Shown here in pieces: positions 18,406 through 26,262 of a stretch of DNA of 64,000 nt (position 1 is its first letter; every line of letters begins with the position of its first letter). The translations under genes were made by a program, and so were the position numbers. Origin of the DNA: Cohaesibacter sp. (GTDB lineage: Bacteria; Pseudomonadota; Alphaproteobacteria; Rhizobiales; Cohaesibacteraceae). The stretch covers positions 1,489-65,488 of the forward strand of contig JAOXSG010000593.1 of assembly GCA_025800105.1 (NCBI GenBank), written 5' to 3'. Under the pieces are notes generated by a model. It was not told the origin of the DNA. It ran no database searches and saw only the letters and a program-made list of their open reading frames with translations.

Positions 18406-19076
18406 CAAGAGCATTTTCACCATTTCAGATAAGCCATTTCACCAAGAGGCGAGCATTCTTCTCCTTTCACTTTGACGATGTTATGCGGGTCAACAATGTG
18501 AGGCAGGCTTGGCGTACTCATAATCAAGGCACATTGCTTACACCAAGCTTCATCGACAGCAGCCTATGGGAAAGCAAAAAACTTGAGGCTCCTGAAAGCA
18601 TCAAGGCTCTCATCAGAAGCGGTGTACAAGGAACATCTGCGGTCTGTGTTCTCGTTGGAACCGACACATGGAGCCGTAGGTGGGTAAGGTATGAAATTGC
18701 CCGATCAATAATAGATGGCAAAGGGTTACTAGCTGTCCATCTCAACCGCCTTAGGCATCATAAGACGCAGTGTGAGGACATATTAGGGATCAACCCGCTC
18801 GATTATATAGCCGTTGGGAAAGTGCCGGACGGTAGCTACTACTTGTTTGAAAAAAACTATGATTGGGTGCCGCAGCGAGGCCGATTTGAGTGGAGCTGGG
18901 ATCGGTATGCAGACTACCAGCAAACGGTAACTCTTCCCAAATTTCTACCGTCACCGGCAATAGGGTATGTCAGTCCGCTCTCATCTGGATGTCCTCAATA
19001 CTGCTATGTTGGCGATAATGGTTATCGAAATATAGGTTCGTGGATAGATGATGCCGCTGCCAACGTCGGTCGGTGA
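18402..19076 (+). CDS. ThsB-like TIR domain protein (MTH538/DUF1863 type)
   Basis: RRAFFSFHF.D, IKALIRSGVQGTSAVCVLVG..TWSRRWVRYEI (catalytic Glu), GKGLLAV; ATG at 18402. Confidence 0.9.
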   Translation: MTRAFSPFQISHFTKRRAFFSFHFDDVMRVNNVRQAWRTHNQGTLLTPSFIDSSLWESKKLEAPESIKALIRSGVQGTSAVCVLVGTDTWSRRWVRYEIARSIIDGKGLLAVHLNRLRHHKTQCEDILGINPLDYIAVGKVPDGSYYLFEKNYDWVPQRGRFEWSWDRYADYQQTVTLPKFLPSPAIGYVSPLSSGCPQYCYVGDNGYRNIGSWIDDAAANVGR

Positions 19077-19088
19077 CAATAAGTGTCA

Positions 19089-19586
19089 TTATTGCCCTTC
19101 CCTCCACCCCACATTAAATGCGTTATCGTATTTGAAGCGTTTGGGCTCCGTGCAGGGGAGCGTGGCTTGCAGGTGGTGGGATAGCTGGGGCCATGTTTTG
19201 TATCGGGTCTGGCCGTCATTGAAAGCGGGGATGACGATGCAGGTGGAAGCGCCTTTGCGGCCTTGGTGGTCGAGGTGATCCCAGATATGGGCGGCATAGT
19301 TTTTCGCGTTGCTGGCGCATTTGAGGCCCTTGCGACAGCCGAAGTCATTGAGCCGGGCAGAGCGGAAGCCCGAGCGAATGACGATGGGGCCGAACTCGGC
19401 GACAATGGGCTCAAGGATAGTTTGGCAAAGGCGTGTGCCGGTCTCAATGGCAAGATCGGGATTGTCCGGCATGTTGGGAATGTTATAGGCAACGGCGATC
19501 TCGCTATAGAGGAACTGACGCAGATAGAAATGATCGCTCAGACGCACGCGGCCCAGTTTTTCCAGATGCCAGAATAGGTCTCTCAT
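19089..19586 (-). CDS. Peptidase M15-like protein
   Basis: RLSDHFYLRQFLYSE, LC..ILEPI...FGPIVIRSGFRS..LN; ATG 2 nt after the upstream stop. Confidence 0.65.
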   Translation of the reverse strand: MRDLFWHLEKLGRVRLSDHFYLRQFLYSEIAVAYNIPNMPDNPDLAIETGTRLCQTILEPIVAEFGPIVIRSGFRSARLNDFGCRKGLKCASNAKNYAAHIWDHLDHQGRKGASTCIVIPAFNDGQTRYKTWPQLSHHLQATLPCTEPKRFKYDNAFNVGWREGQ

Positions 19587-19588
19587 GA

Positions 19589-20311
19589 TTAGCTCCAATG
19601 TGCAGCCCGCCATCCAGCGGCGCGGGCTTCAAACTCAGTGCAGAACCAGCGTTCGCCCTTGCCCTGATTGATCTTGGTGCGGCGATACCAAGACGAGGCG
19701 GGTGTGTGATAGATGCGGCCATTGGCGGATATGTTACCCTTGATGACGCAGCCCTCAGAGGGCTGCTTTACTATGTGCCCCCGGAGGCCGGAACGGAGCT
19801 CCTGAGCCGTCTGTGTGGCCTCCTGCCATATACCAAGGTGGTTGACCCGGGCTTCTTGCTCCTGTGGCAGATAGTCAAGGGAATAGCGGCGATAGGCCCA
19901 CGCATGGCCGGTGCGAACCATCTCGGCATTGAGATTGATGGAACCCCGATAGCAGACCGCAATGACGCGCTGATAACGATCCCGCTTATTGCCAAGACAG
20001 ATGACAGATTGACCATTGATCAGAGCCGTCAGCTTGTTGGTGGCTGCTTTGCCGCAAGGCCATGAGCCGTTGTCAGGGGCATTGCAATGCTGATGTTTCT
20101 CAGGCGTATCTATGCCATGCAGGCGATAGATGACACCAGCGATTTCCAAAGTATCGCCATCAATGACCCGGACTGCCTGTGCCATTGTCGGGAAGGATAA
20201 AGGATACAAGCAGGCCAGTAAGAGAATGAGCCTGCCTGATCGTACACCGGGGTTCAAACTGACGGCATTACGTGAAGATCCAACATATCCTGATGCGGCA
20301 AAGGTGCGCAT
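19589..20311 (-). CDS. Thermonuclease (SNase-like) family protein with ExoI-like C-terminal domain
   Basis: VIDGDTL, RLHGIDTPE, DRYQRVIA, LNAEMVRTGHAWAY, CVIKGNIS..GRIYH.P...WFCTE.EA.AAGWR; signal-like hydrophobic stretch; start uncertain. Confidence 0.88.
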   Translation of the reverse strand: MRTFAASGYVGSSRNAVSLNPGVRSGRLILLLACLYPLSFPTMAQAVRVIDGDTLEIAGVIYRLHGIDTPEKHQHCNAPDNGSWPCGKAATNKLTALINGQSVICLGNKRDRYQRVIAVCYRGSINLNAEMVRTGHAWAYRRYSLDYLPQEQEARVNHLGIWQEATQTAQELRSGLRGHIVKQPSEGCVIKGNISANGRIYHTPASSWYRRTKINQGKGERWFCTEFEARAAGWRAAHWS

Positions 20312-20316
20312 CGTGT

Positions 20317-21090
20317 TTATGGATTTCCAAGTATCTTGGATTTGGCTTTGGTGAACTCTTCCTCGCTTAATATACCTGCTGCCTTTAGCTCACCCAGCTT
20401 GCTAAGTTGGGCTGTTATGTCTGTCTCAAACGCGGAGGGGCCTTCTGCTATGTCTCTATCGGGCTTTTGAGCTTTAGCAACGGCCTCTTTCACAGCCGCA
20501 ATAAATTTAACTCCATCAGCGGGGAATGCCTTTTCTATTTGTAGCGTAACGGCGTTTGATTTGATTTCAATCGTTCCGCTTAGCAGTCCAGCTTTTGTTT
20601 CGATTGATTTGATGTCTTTTAGTTGGACTTCTTTGCGTTGAAAGCGCACCAGCAAGCCCACATCAATCATCACAACTCGATATTGTGTAACGATGGCTAG
20701 CCAACTATTCCCGTTGGTAAGTCCCGCAACCAATCCTAGGATTACTTCATCTTCTTCAAGAATATCAGGTAAGCTTCGGATTTCCTTTTTTACGCCTGTC
20801 GTGTCCCTTATGCCAAGTTGATCGATTTGCTTTTGGATTTCGGTCAGGCGCATATTCTTGCGGTGAAGCTCATCATCAGGGTCTTCAACCTTGTCGACGA
20901 TTGAGCGCTTCGGATGCTTTAACTCCTCTTCCCCCTCAACAATGAGATAAGACGGATTGGAAAAGCTGCCTATAAACTCTTCTGTGACGACCCAGCCAAG
21001 TTGTTCATATTCAGCTTTTGCTGTTTCAACATTCTTGGCATTTCCCTTTTTGGTGAATGCAGGCAGGAGCTTTGCCATCTTTATAATCAT
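20317..21090 (-). CDS. Bacterial PH domain + C-terminal SHOCT domain protein
   Basis: L..IL..DE.I...V.G...LAIVTQYRVV; C-terminal QLSKLGELKAAGILSEEEFTKAKSKIL. Confidence 0.8.
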   Translation of the reverse strand: MIIKMAKLLPAFTKKGNAKNVETAKAEYEQLGWVVTEEFIGSFSNPSYLIVEGEEELKHPKRSIVDKVEDPDDELHRKNMRLTEIQKQIDQLGIRDTTGVKKEIRSLPDILEEDEVILGLVAGLTNGNSWLAIVTQYRVVMIDVGLLVRFQRKEVQLKDIKSIETKAGLLSGTIEIKSNAVTLQIEKAFPADGVKFIAAVKEAVAKAQKPDRDIAEGPSAFETDITAQLSKLGELKAAGILSEEEFTKAKSKILGNP

Positions 21091-21194
21091 GATTTCAGTA
21101 TCCTGTGAAGCTAAGGAAATTTTCTTTGAGACGGTGCAAGGGTGGCAGTGGCCACCAGACGCAAACTGACTGGCGACCGCAAAACATGGATGTG

Positions 21195-22046
21195 CTAATT
21201 GCCATATTTGAAGAAGCGGCAGCCCATCACGCCATTGCTGTCTGGTCGGATGGTGATTTGCGTGCCTGCTAAATCATGCTTAAAGGAGCCTGCCTGTGAG
21301 GCTTTCAGGTAAGCGCCATTGATAGCCTCGGCAGAGAAGTCGAGATTGGACCCAGAGATAGCACTTAAGACAGCGGCGCAGATCTCGCGGTAGTGTGCAT
21401 GAGACGATTGGGTCGTCGTGGGGACATCGACGATGCCCGCCCCATAGATCCGAATATTGAACGTTTCTGCCACAATATGACAGTCAAGAAATCCTTCCCG
21501 GCAAAATGGCTTGCCCGGGGTAAGAGGCTGCGCTTCAAAGTTATAATACTGATGAAAGGCAGAAATGATGCTATCCGTCATACGCTGTAGCTTGGCTGCC
21601 AGTTTGGCAACGCGGGCGTCTTCCTTGGCCTTTTTAGCGGCTTTCTGCTTCTCCTGTGCCTTCTGGGCGGCTTTGAGCTGCTTTTGAGCTTCAATTTTCT
21701 TCAGGCGGGTCTCTTCTGCAAGACGCTGTTTGGCGTCTTCAATGAGAGCCTGTCTTTCTTGACGCTGCTTGGCAAGAACATCGGAACGATCCTTGCTCCA
21801 TTCTTTGGCAGAGGTATATCCAGCTTTCTTGGCAAGTTTTTTGTCAGTAGCATCAAGATAGCCTTCTGACGTAGCGGTGTAATCCTCTACATGAGGCATG
21901 GCAACAGCAACGACAATAAGAGCCAGCATAGACAAACCCAATATTTTCAGGCCTGTCTTGCGCCGCTTTTTAAACAGCAGCATGATCATTGCCACTGGGG
22001 TGGCGAGCATTGCGGGCGCACCAATAAGAACGAGAATAAATTCCAA
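21195..22046 (-). CDS. Membrane-anchored coiled-coil protein, hypothetical
   Basis: Two N-terminal TM helices, K/A/E-rich coiled coil, Cys-containing C-terminal domain; GGGGAG RBS before TTG. Confidence 0.75.
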   Translation of the reverse strand: MEFILVLIGAPAMLATPVAMIMLLFKKRRKTGLKILGLSMLALIVVAVAMPHVEDYTATSEGYLDATDKKLAKKAGYTSAKEWSKDRSDVLAKQRQERQALIEDAKQRLAEETRLKKIEAQKQLKAAQKAQEKQKAAKKAKEDARVAKLAAKLQRMTDSIISAFHQYYNFEAQPLTPGKPFCREGFLDCHIVAETFNIRIYGAGIVDVPTTTQSSHAHYREICAAVLSAISGSNLDFSAEAINGAYLKASQAGSFKHDLAGTQITIRPDSNGVMGCRFFKYGN

Positions 22047-22098
22047 GATAAAAACTCCCCAATCAGTAAATCAAAACGACCACCAGAGTTCCCTCTGG

Positions 22099-22188
22099 TG
22101 ATCGGGGAGTTGAGAAGCCGCACGAAGACGACCGCACTGGCCTTTAAGCCGGAGCTCTGGACATACGCCAAAAGTGCCTCCCCGACCA
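22099..22188 (-). ncRNA. C4-like antisense RNA
   Basis: Closing stem UGGUCGGGGAG/CUCCCCGAUCA, inner GCACU/AGUGC arm, and CUUCGUG and UUCUCA segments complementary to an upstream site on the same strand. Confidence 0.7.
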
Positions 22189-22227
22189 TAAAGGTTGAGG
22201 AGGTGACATTACGGCTGACACCAGCCG

Positions 22228-22251
22228 CTTCGTGAGGGGTTCTCACGCCCC
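22228..22251 (-). promoter_or_regulatory. C4 target site (a1/b1-like)
   Basis: Minus strand GGGGCG-UGAGAA-CCCC-U-CACGAAG: a hairpin presenting UGAGAA, followed by CACGAAG. Confidence 0.65.
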
Positions 22252-22435
22252 GAGACTGCGCCATTTTACGCAGTCCTGAGTTGAATTTACCCTTTAGGAG
22301 TGCAGGGCTCAAGAGCAATCACAGATCATACTCAGGTAATTGCGATAGCTGATCAGGCGAATATACCGTCGGTAAACAGCCCAAAGCATTTATGGACATA
22401 GGACGGACATTCGCGACATTGAAAATGTGTGACGC

Positions 22436-22450
22436 TTGAACCCGGGTGCA
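22436..22450. repeat. 15-bp direct repeat TTGAACCCGGGTGCA (copy 1)
   Basis: Identical to 23903-23917; abuts the stop codon of the 450-aa gene. Confidence 0.9.
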
Positions 22451-23803
22451 TCAACTCTCATTCTGTTCAGGCAGAGCCTCAAGAATACGCCTCGCCTCGT
22501 GATAAGGAGCGGTGAGAATGAAGGTCTGGCTATAGGGTCTGGTGCGGATCAACACATTGCGTCTGACCAACTGATCGATGGCGGGCCTCAGGCTGTCACC
22601 GGCAAGGCAACGATAGCTGCCATTGTTGATTAGCACACTGAGCAGTAGATCCTGATCTTCTTCATTCTCCGTGGCCCAAAGGATCTCTTTCACCAGCTTA
22701 TAAGGCGGCTCTGGCGGTGGGAAGGGAGGCAGGGCCTCTGTCAGCCTCTCAAGCAGCCGATTGACTTCTGTTGCCGCATCCTCTGCCACTTCATCAATCT
22801 TTGTTGCAGCGTCGAGTATGGCACTGGTGGGATCGTCGAAGGTGTGGCCTCCTGTGCCGATATCTCGCTTCTGCAAGTCATGTCTGGTTTCTAGCCTCAG
22901 ACGTCTTGTGGTCTTGGGATAGAGCGTGGCTTTTAGGCCTGTGCGTAGACGCGTGGTCAATACCGGCACATTGCCATCAACCACATAGTCAGAGACCACG
23001 GCCTTATAGAGGCGATGACGTGCATCCCGGCCCATGGCCATGAAGATTGGTTCCACCTGTCGCATCATGTGAATAGGGTCCGGCGTCATGAACTCCCAAT
23101 AGGTCTCGATCTGTTTGAGATTAATGTCCCACCGGAAACCTATCTGTCCGGTAATCTCGCCCTGTCGGAATGTGCCGCCAATCAGATCGTCAAGAAAGCG
23201 GTGGATCTGAGCAAGGTAATAGTTCCTGAAGTGTTGCCAGTGGGGAGGCCGGGCCATGATCAGCCAAGGCCGGTCAATGATGACATTGTCCTGCAATGGA
23301 TCAATAAGACGCTCATTGCGGATCGGCTCAGGCAGATCTTTTGTCAGTAGCTCCGGCGGCGGGATAGTGGCTTCATTTTCAGTGCGTCCCAGATAGTCAT
23401 TGATGATGGATGAGTTCCTTGGTTGATGCACAAGGGCGCGGGTTGGATTGAGGGAGATCTCTGCAATGATGTCAAAACGAGACGGGCCGAACTGGGTAGC
23501 GCGATAGCGATGCAGGATTAGATTACCCTCGACCAGAGGCGCATCGGCGCGAAGCTTACCGCCCTGCCTGCGACTGGCAAAGCGGATGACATATTTGTTG
23601 CCTTGAAAACCCTGTGGGCGATTGAGGGGATGCAATTCAATATCAGAGCCATCAATGCTGGCCCAGTCTCTATCGGCAATCAGATTGGCGAACTGATCAA
23701 ACTCAACATCAAGTCCATCAAATAGCCATCGGCCTATATCAATCTGTATTCTATCTTGCTTGGCATAAGCTGCTTCTACCCGTACATCTCTATCAAAGTT
23801 CAT
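22451..23803 (-). CDS. Putative replication-initiator/relaxase-like protein (Rep_trans-like motifs) with C-terminal winged helix
   Basis: 450 aa, next to the integrase; EISLNPTR, LKQIETYWEF, TLYPKTTRRLRLETR (Y-x-K...R-x-E pattern); C-terminal AIDQLVRRNVLIRT....FILT. Function is inferred. Confidence 0.55.
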   Translation of the reverse strand: MNFDRDVRVEAAYAKQDRIQIDIGRWLFDGLDVEFDQFANLIADRDWASIDGSDIELHPLNRPQGFQGNKYVIRFASRRQGGKLRADAPLVEGNLILHRYRATQFGPSRFDIIAEISLNPTRALVHQPRNSSIINDYLGRTENEATIPPPELLTKDLPEPIRNERLIDPLQDNVIIDRPWLIMARPPHWQHFRNYYLAQIHRFLDDLIGGTFRQGEITGQIGFRWDINLKQIETYWEFMTPDPIHMMRQVEPIFMAMGRDARHRLYKAVVSDYVVDGNVPVLTTRLRTGLKATLYPKTTRRLRLETRHDLQKRDIGTGGHTFDDPTSAILDAATKIDEVAEDAATEVNRLLERLTEALPPFPPPEPPYKLVKEILWATENEEDQDLLLSVLINNGSYRCLAGDSLRPAIDQLVRRNVLIRTRPYSQTFILTAPYHEARRILEALPEQNES

Positions 23804-23902
23804 AATACCAATTCATCATCCAGCAACAACAACAGCATCTATAGCACACTCAATGTATCCTAAGGAGCGGCCCATCGGATAGGAGGAAAATCGGATGAGG
23901 AT

Positions 23903-23917
23903 TTGAACCCGGGTGCA
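23903..23917. repeat. 15-bp direct repeat TTGAACCCGGGTGCA (copy 2)
   Basis: Identical to 22436-22450; 9 bp from the integrase stop codon. Confidence 0.9.
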
Positions 23918-23926
23918 CGTTGCGGG

Positions 23927-25843
23927 TTATTGATCCTGTTCTTGCTCTAGCGTGCCCCGCGCATATAGATGGCTCAGATCCAAGTCTCCATATTCAATCC
24001 GTGATAGATGCCGCTGAGCGATGGCTACAATGGGGTCATCTCCATAGACATCATCAAAACCCTTCTTGCTCCATCCGCCGATGCTGACAACCACATCGCG
24101 GGAAACTTCGGCGCGGCGCAATGCATCGCGGAATGTGTGGCGAAGACTATGAAAAACCTTCCGCTTGGATGTGATCCCCAAATCCCGAAGCCGTCTGTTG
24201 AACCAGCGGGAAACCGGAGAGGCAATATAACCGTTGCTGTCTGGTGTTAGGTCGGGGAACAATCGATCTGCACCTTGCTGCTTGATCTGCTCAATATGCT
24301 TCAGTATCCCAAGGCGTTTCAATTCTTCCGAAACGGGAATGACCCGAAGGGCCGCAGTGGATTTCTTGGAGCGCAGGATTTTCAGATCCTCTTCGGAAAG
24401 ATCGTCTTCTAGTGCCTCATTGTCAAAATCCAGAACCTCAAAACAGGTGATGCCTTCGATCTTGTGGACCTCAGCCAGTGTAAGCTGACAAGCTTCTGAA
24501 AGACGCATGCCTGAGAACAGGGAAATCAACGGGACCCAGAAATGAGCGGCTGAGGGAATGACATCGCGCGGCAGCGGCTCTTTCTTCGATACCCCATAGG
24601 GGCGAGCGTGATTTCGGTAGTCAGAACCGAAAATCAGTTTCAGATCTTCGATTGTGAAAGATTGGCGCTTCGGTTCCTTCTTTGCCTTCTTGGCAAAGGG
24701 GCGCGAGAGGCCCTTGACGGGGTTTTTGTCGGTGATCTCTTCCCGCAGGGCCCATTCGAAAAATGTATCAAGCCGGTCGATATTGCCCTTCGCGGTTCGC
24801 GGCCTGCATGGGGCGATATTCTGTGCCTCGGCTTTTTGCGCCACTTCCGGTGCAGCCAGCCCCTCGAACTCTTTCTTCTTGCCCCAATTGGCAGGAAGTT
24901 TGGAAACAATATCGACATAGCGCCGAGCTGCCATGCGGTCGATGCTTTGTATGAGCGTGTCAGGGCCAAAGATGTGATAGATTAACTGCTCCACATAATT
25001 GATTTTGAGCAGGGTTTTGGGGTGGGTCTCGTCAGAAATCAAATCCTGTTTATGCAGATCATAAGCTTGTTTTATGGTGATCTGCGCTGCTCCGCCAGTC
25101 TCTCTAGATGCAAGAGATAAAGCGTTGGATTGCACGCTCCTATCCCGAAACAGATCGTCATCTAGCGGAAGATCGGCAAAATCACTTTCAAGGCGTTGAA
25201 TATCCCGCCGCAACAGCAGACTATCTGCTCGCCTCAAATAACCGGACAGGATCTTTGCCTTCTCCTCATCAGCGGCAAACTGATTGCCGGTCAAAAGGCG
25301 CTTGGCTTCTCTAATTAGGTTTGAGGCAACCATGGGGTCGCTGGATTGATGGCTGGCCAGATCCTCGACGGCGATCTCCCAAGCATCCCGGCTATCATTT
25401 TTGTAGGCAAGCAATTGGCCAGATGCCTGATCATTTTCCAGATCGGCATCTTGGAAATAACGATAGGCAATCCGCTTCAGATCATGATCATCGGCCACAC
25501 GGTCAAAACCGGCAAAGGCTGCCCGGATTGACTGGAACAGATCTTCCAGTTCGCTCGACCGATGATGATATCGGGATTTGGCTTCCTGTAGAGTTTCCGT
25601 TTTCAGGGAGAAGATAATCTCGCGGCGAATGCGTGTCTCGACCGGGCCGGGATTATCGCTCCGTGCTTTGTCTTTCACAATCAGCGGCCAGAGAGGGGAA
25701 AGAGGAGAGGGTGGTTTTGTGAGCTTTTGCCATTTCCGATAATTGGCAATGATGAGCTTTCGCACATCCTCTGGGATGCGGCGGCGGATATAATAGATCC
25801 TGCCTCGTGTGTCCAAACCGGGATATTTCGCCATCTCTGCCAT
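23927..25843 (-). CDS. Tyrosine recombinase/integrase with DUF6538-like N-terminal domain
   Basis: N-terminal RGRIYYIRRRIPEDV...SLKT; catalytic SGMRLSE, KS..A.R.IP, FHSLRH, GGW, DVYG; adjacent to the tRNA. Confidence 0.95.
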   Translation of the reverse strand: MAEMAKYPGLDTRGRIYYIRRRIPEDVRKLIIANYRKWQKLTKPPSPLSPLWPLIVKDKARSDNPGPVETRIRREIIFSLKTETLQEAKSRYHHRSSELEDLFQSIRAAFAGFDRVADDHDLKRIAYRYFQDADLENDQASGQLLAYKNDSRDAWEIAVEDLASHQSSDPMVASNLIREAKRLLTGNQFAADEEKAKILSGYLRRADSLLLRRDIQRLESDFADLPLDDDLFRDRSVQSNALSLASRETGGAAQITIKQAYDLHKQDLISDETHPKTLLKINYVEQLIYHIFGPDTLIQSIDRMAARRYVDIVSKLPANWGKKKEFEGLAAPEVAQKAEAQNIAPCRPRTAKGNIDRLDTFFEWALREEITDKNPVKGLSRPFAKKAKKEPKRQSFTIEDLKLIFGSDYRNHARPYGVSKKEPLPRDVIPSAAHFWVPLISLFSGMRLSEACQLTLAEVHKIEGITCFEVLDFDNEALEDDLSEEDLKILRSKKSTAALRVIPVSEELKRLGILKHIEQIKQQGADRLFPDLTPDSNGYIASPVSRWFNRRLRDLGITSKRKVFHSLRHTFRDALRRAEVSRDVVVSIGGWSKKGFDDVYGDDPIVAIAQRHLSRIEYGDLDLSHLYARGTLEQEQDQ

Positions 25844-25847
25844 ACGG

Positions 25848-25872
25848 TTTGTGTAACACATTTGTGTAACAC
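25848..25872. promoter_or_regulatory. Tandem putative arm-type sites TTTGTGTAACAC x2
   Basis: Two direct copies immediately upstream of the integrase start. Confidence 0.7.
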
Positions 25873-25933
25873 TTTGAACAGAAGACGCTTATATCTCAAA
25901 GACTTATAAAGAAAACAACCATTTATGGGAAAA

Positions 25934-26009
25934 TGGTGGAGCTAAGCGGGATCGAACCGCTGACCTCGTGAATGCCATTCACGCGCTCTCCCAACTGAGC
26001 TATAGCCCC
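25934..26009 (-). tRNA. tRNA-Ala(GGC)
   Basis: GGGGCTATAGCTCAGTTGGGAGAGCGCGTGAATGGCATTCACGAGGTCAGCGGTTCGATCCCGCTTAGCTCCACCA; G3:U70, anticodon GGC, encoded CCA. Confidence 0.98.
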
Positions 26010-26262
26010 ACATTATTGATCACTCTGTTCTGATCAAGTGGTGAGGCGGAACATAGTCAGGGATTTTCTTGAAATCAATCCCCTTTTTCGCCTTGTTGTG
26101 AATCTTTCCCCAGTCCTGTGGACCGGCTTGAGAAAGAGAAGAAAAGAAAGGGGGATAAGCCGCCCAGCGCAAGAAGAGGGCATAAGAAAACGCGACAGAA
26201 ATCTGCCGCGTTTGCACGATCTGAACAGTCAGACAAATCAGGAGAAAATCGCAAAGGGCGAT

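Larger units (their letters stand above)
8713..25951 (-). mobile_element. ~17.2 kb tRNA-Ala-integrated element (IME/satellite-like defence island)
   Basis: 18-bp direct repeats at both ends, tyrosine integrase next to the tRNA, shared arm-type 12-mers, accessory cargo; no capsid or conjugation genes recognised. Confidence 0.92.

Noticed and set aside
21986-22318. 110-aa ORF across the C4-like region
   Set aside because: Better explained as translation through structured RNA (like Ash-family calls); a leader peptide is not excluded
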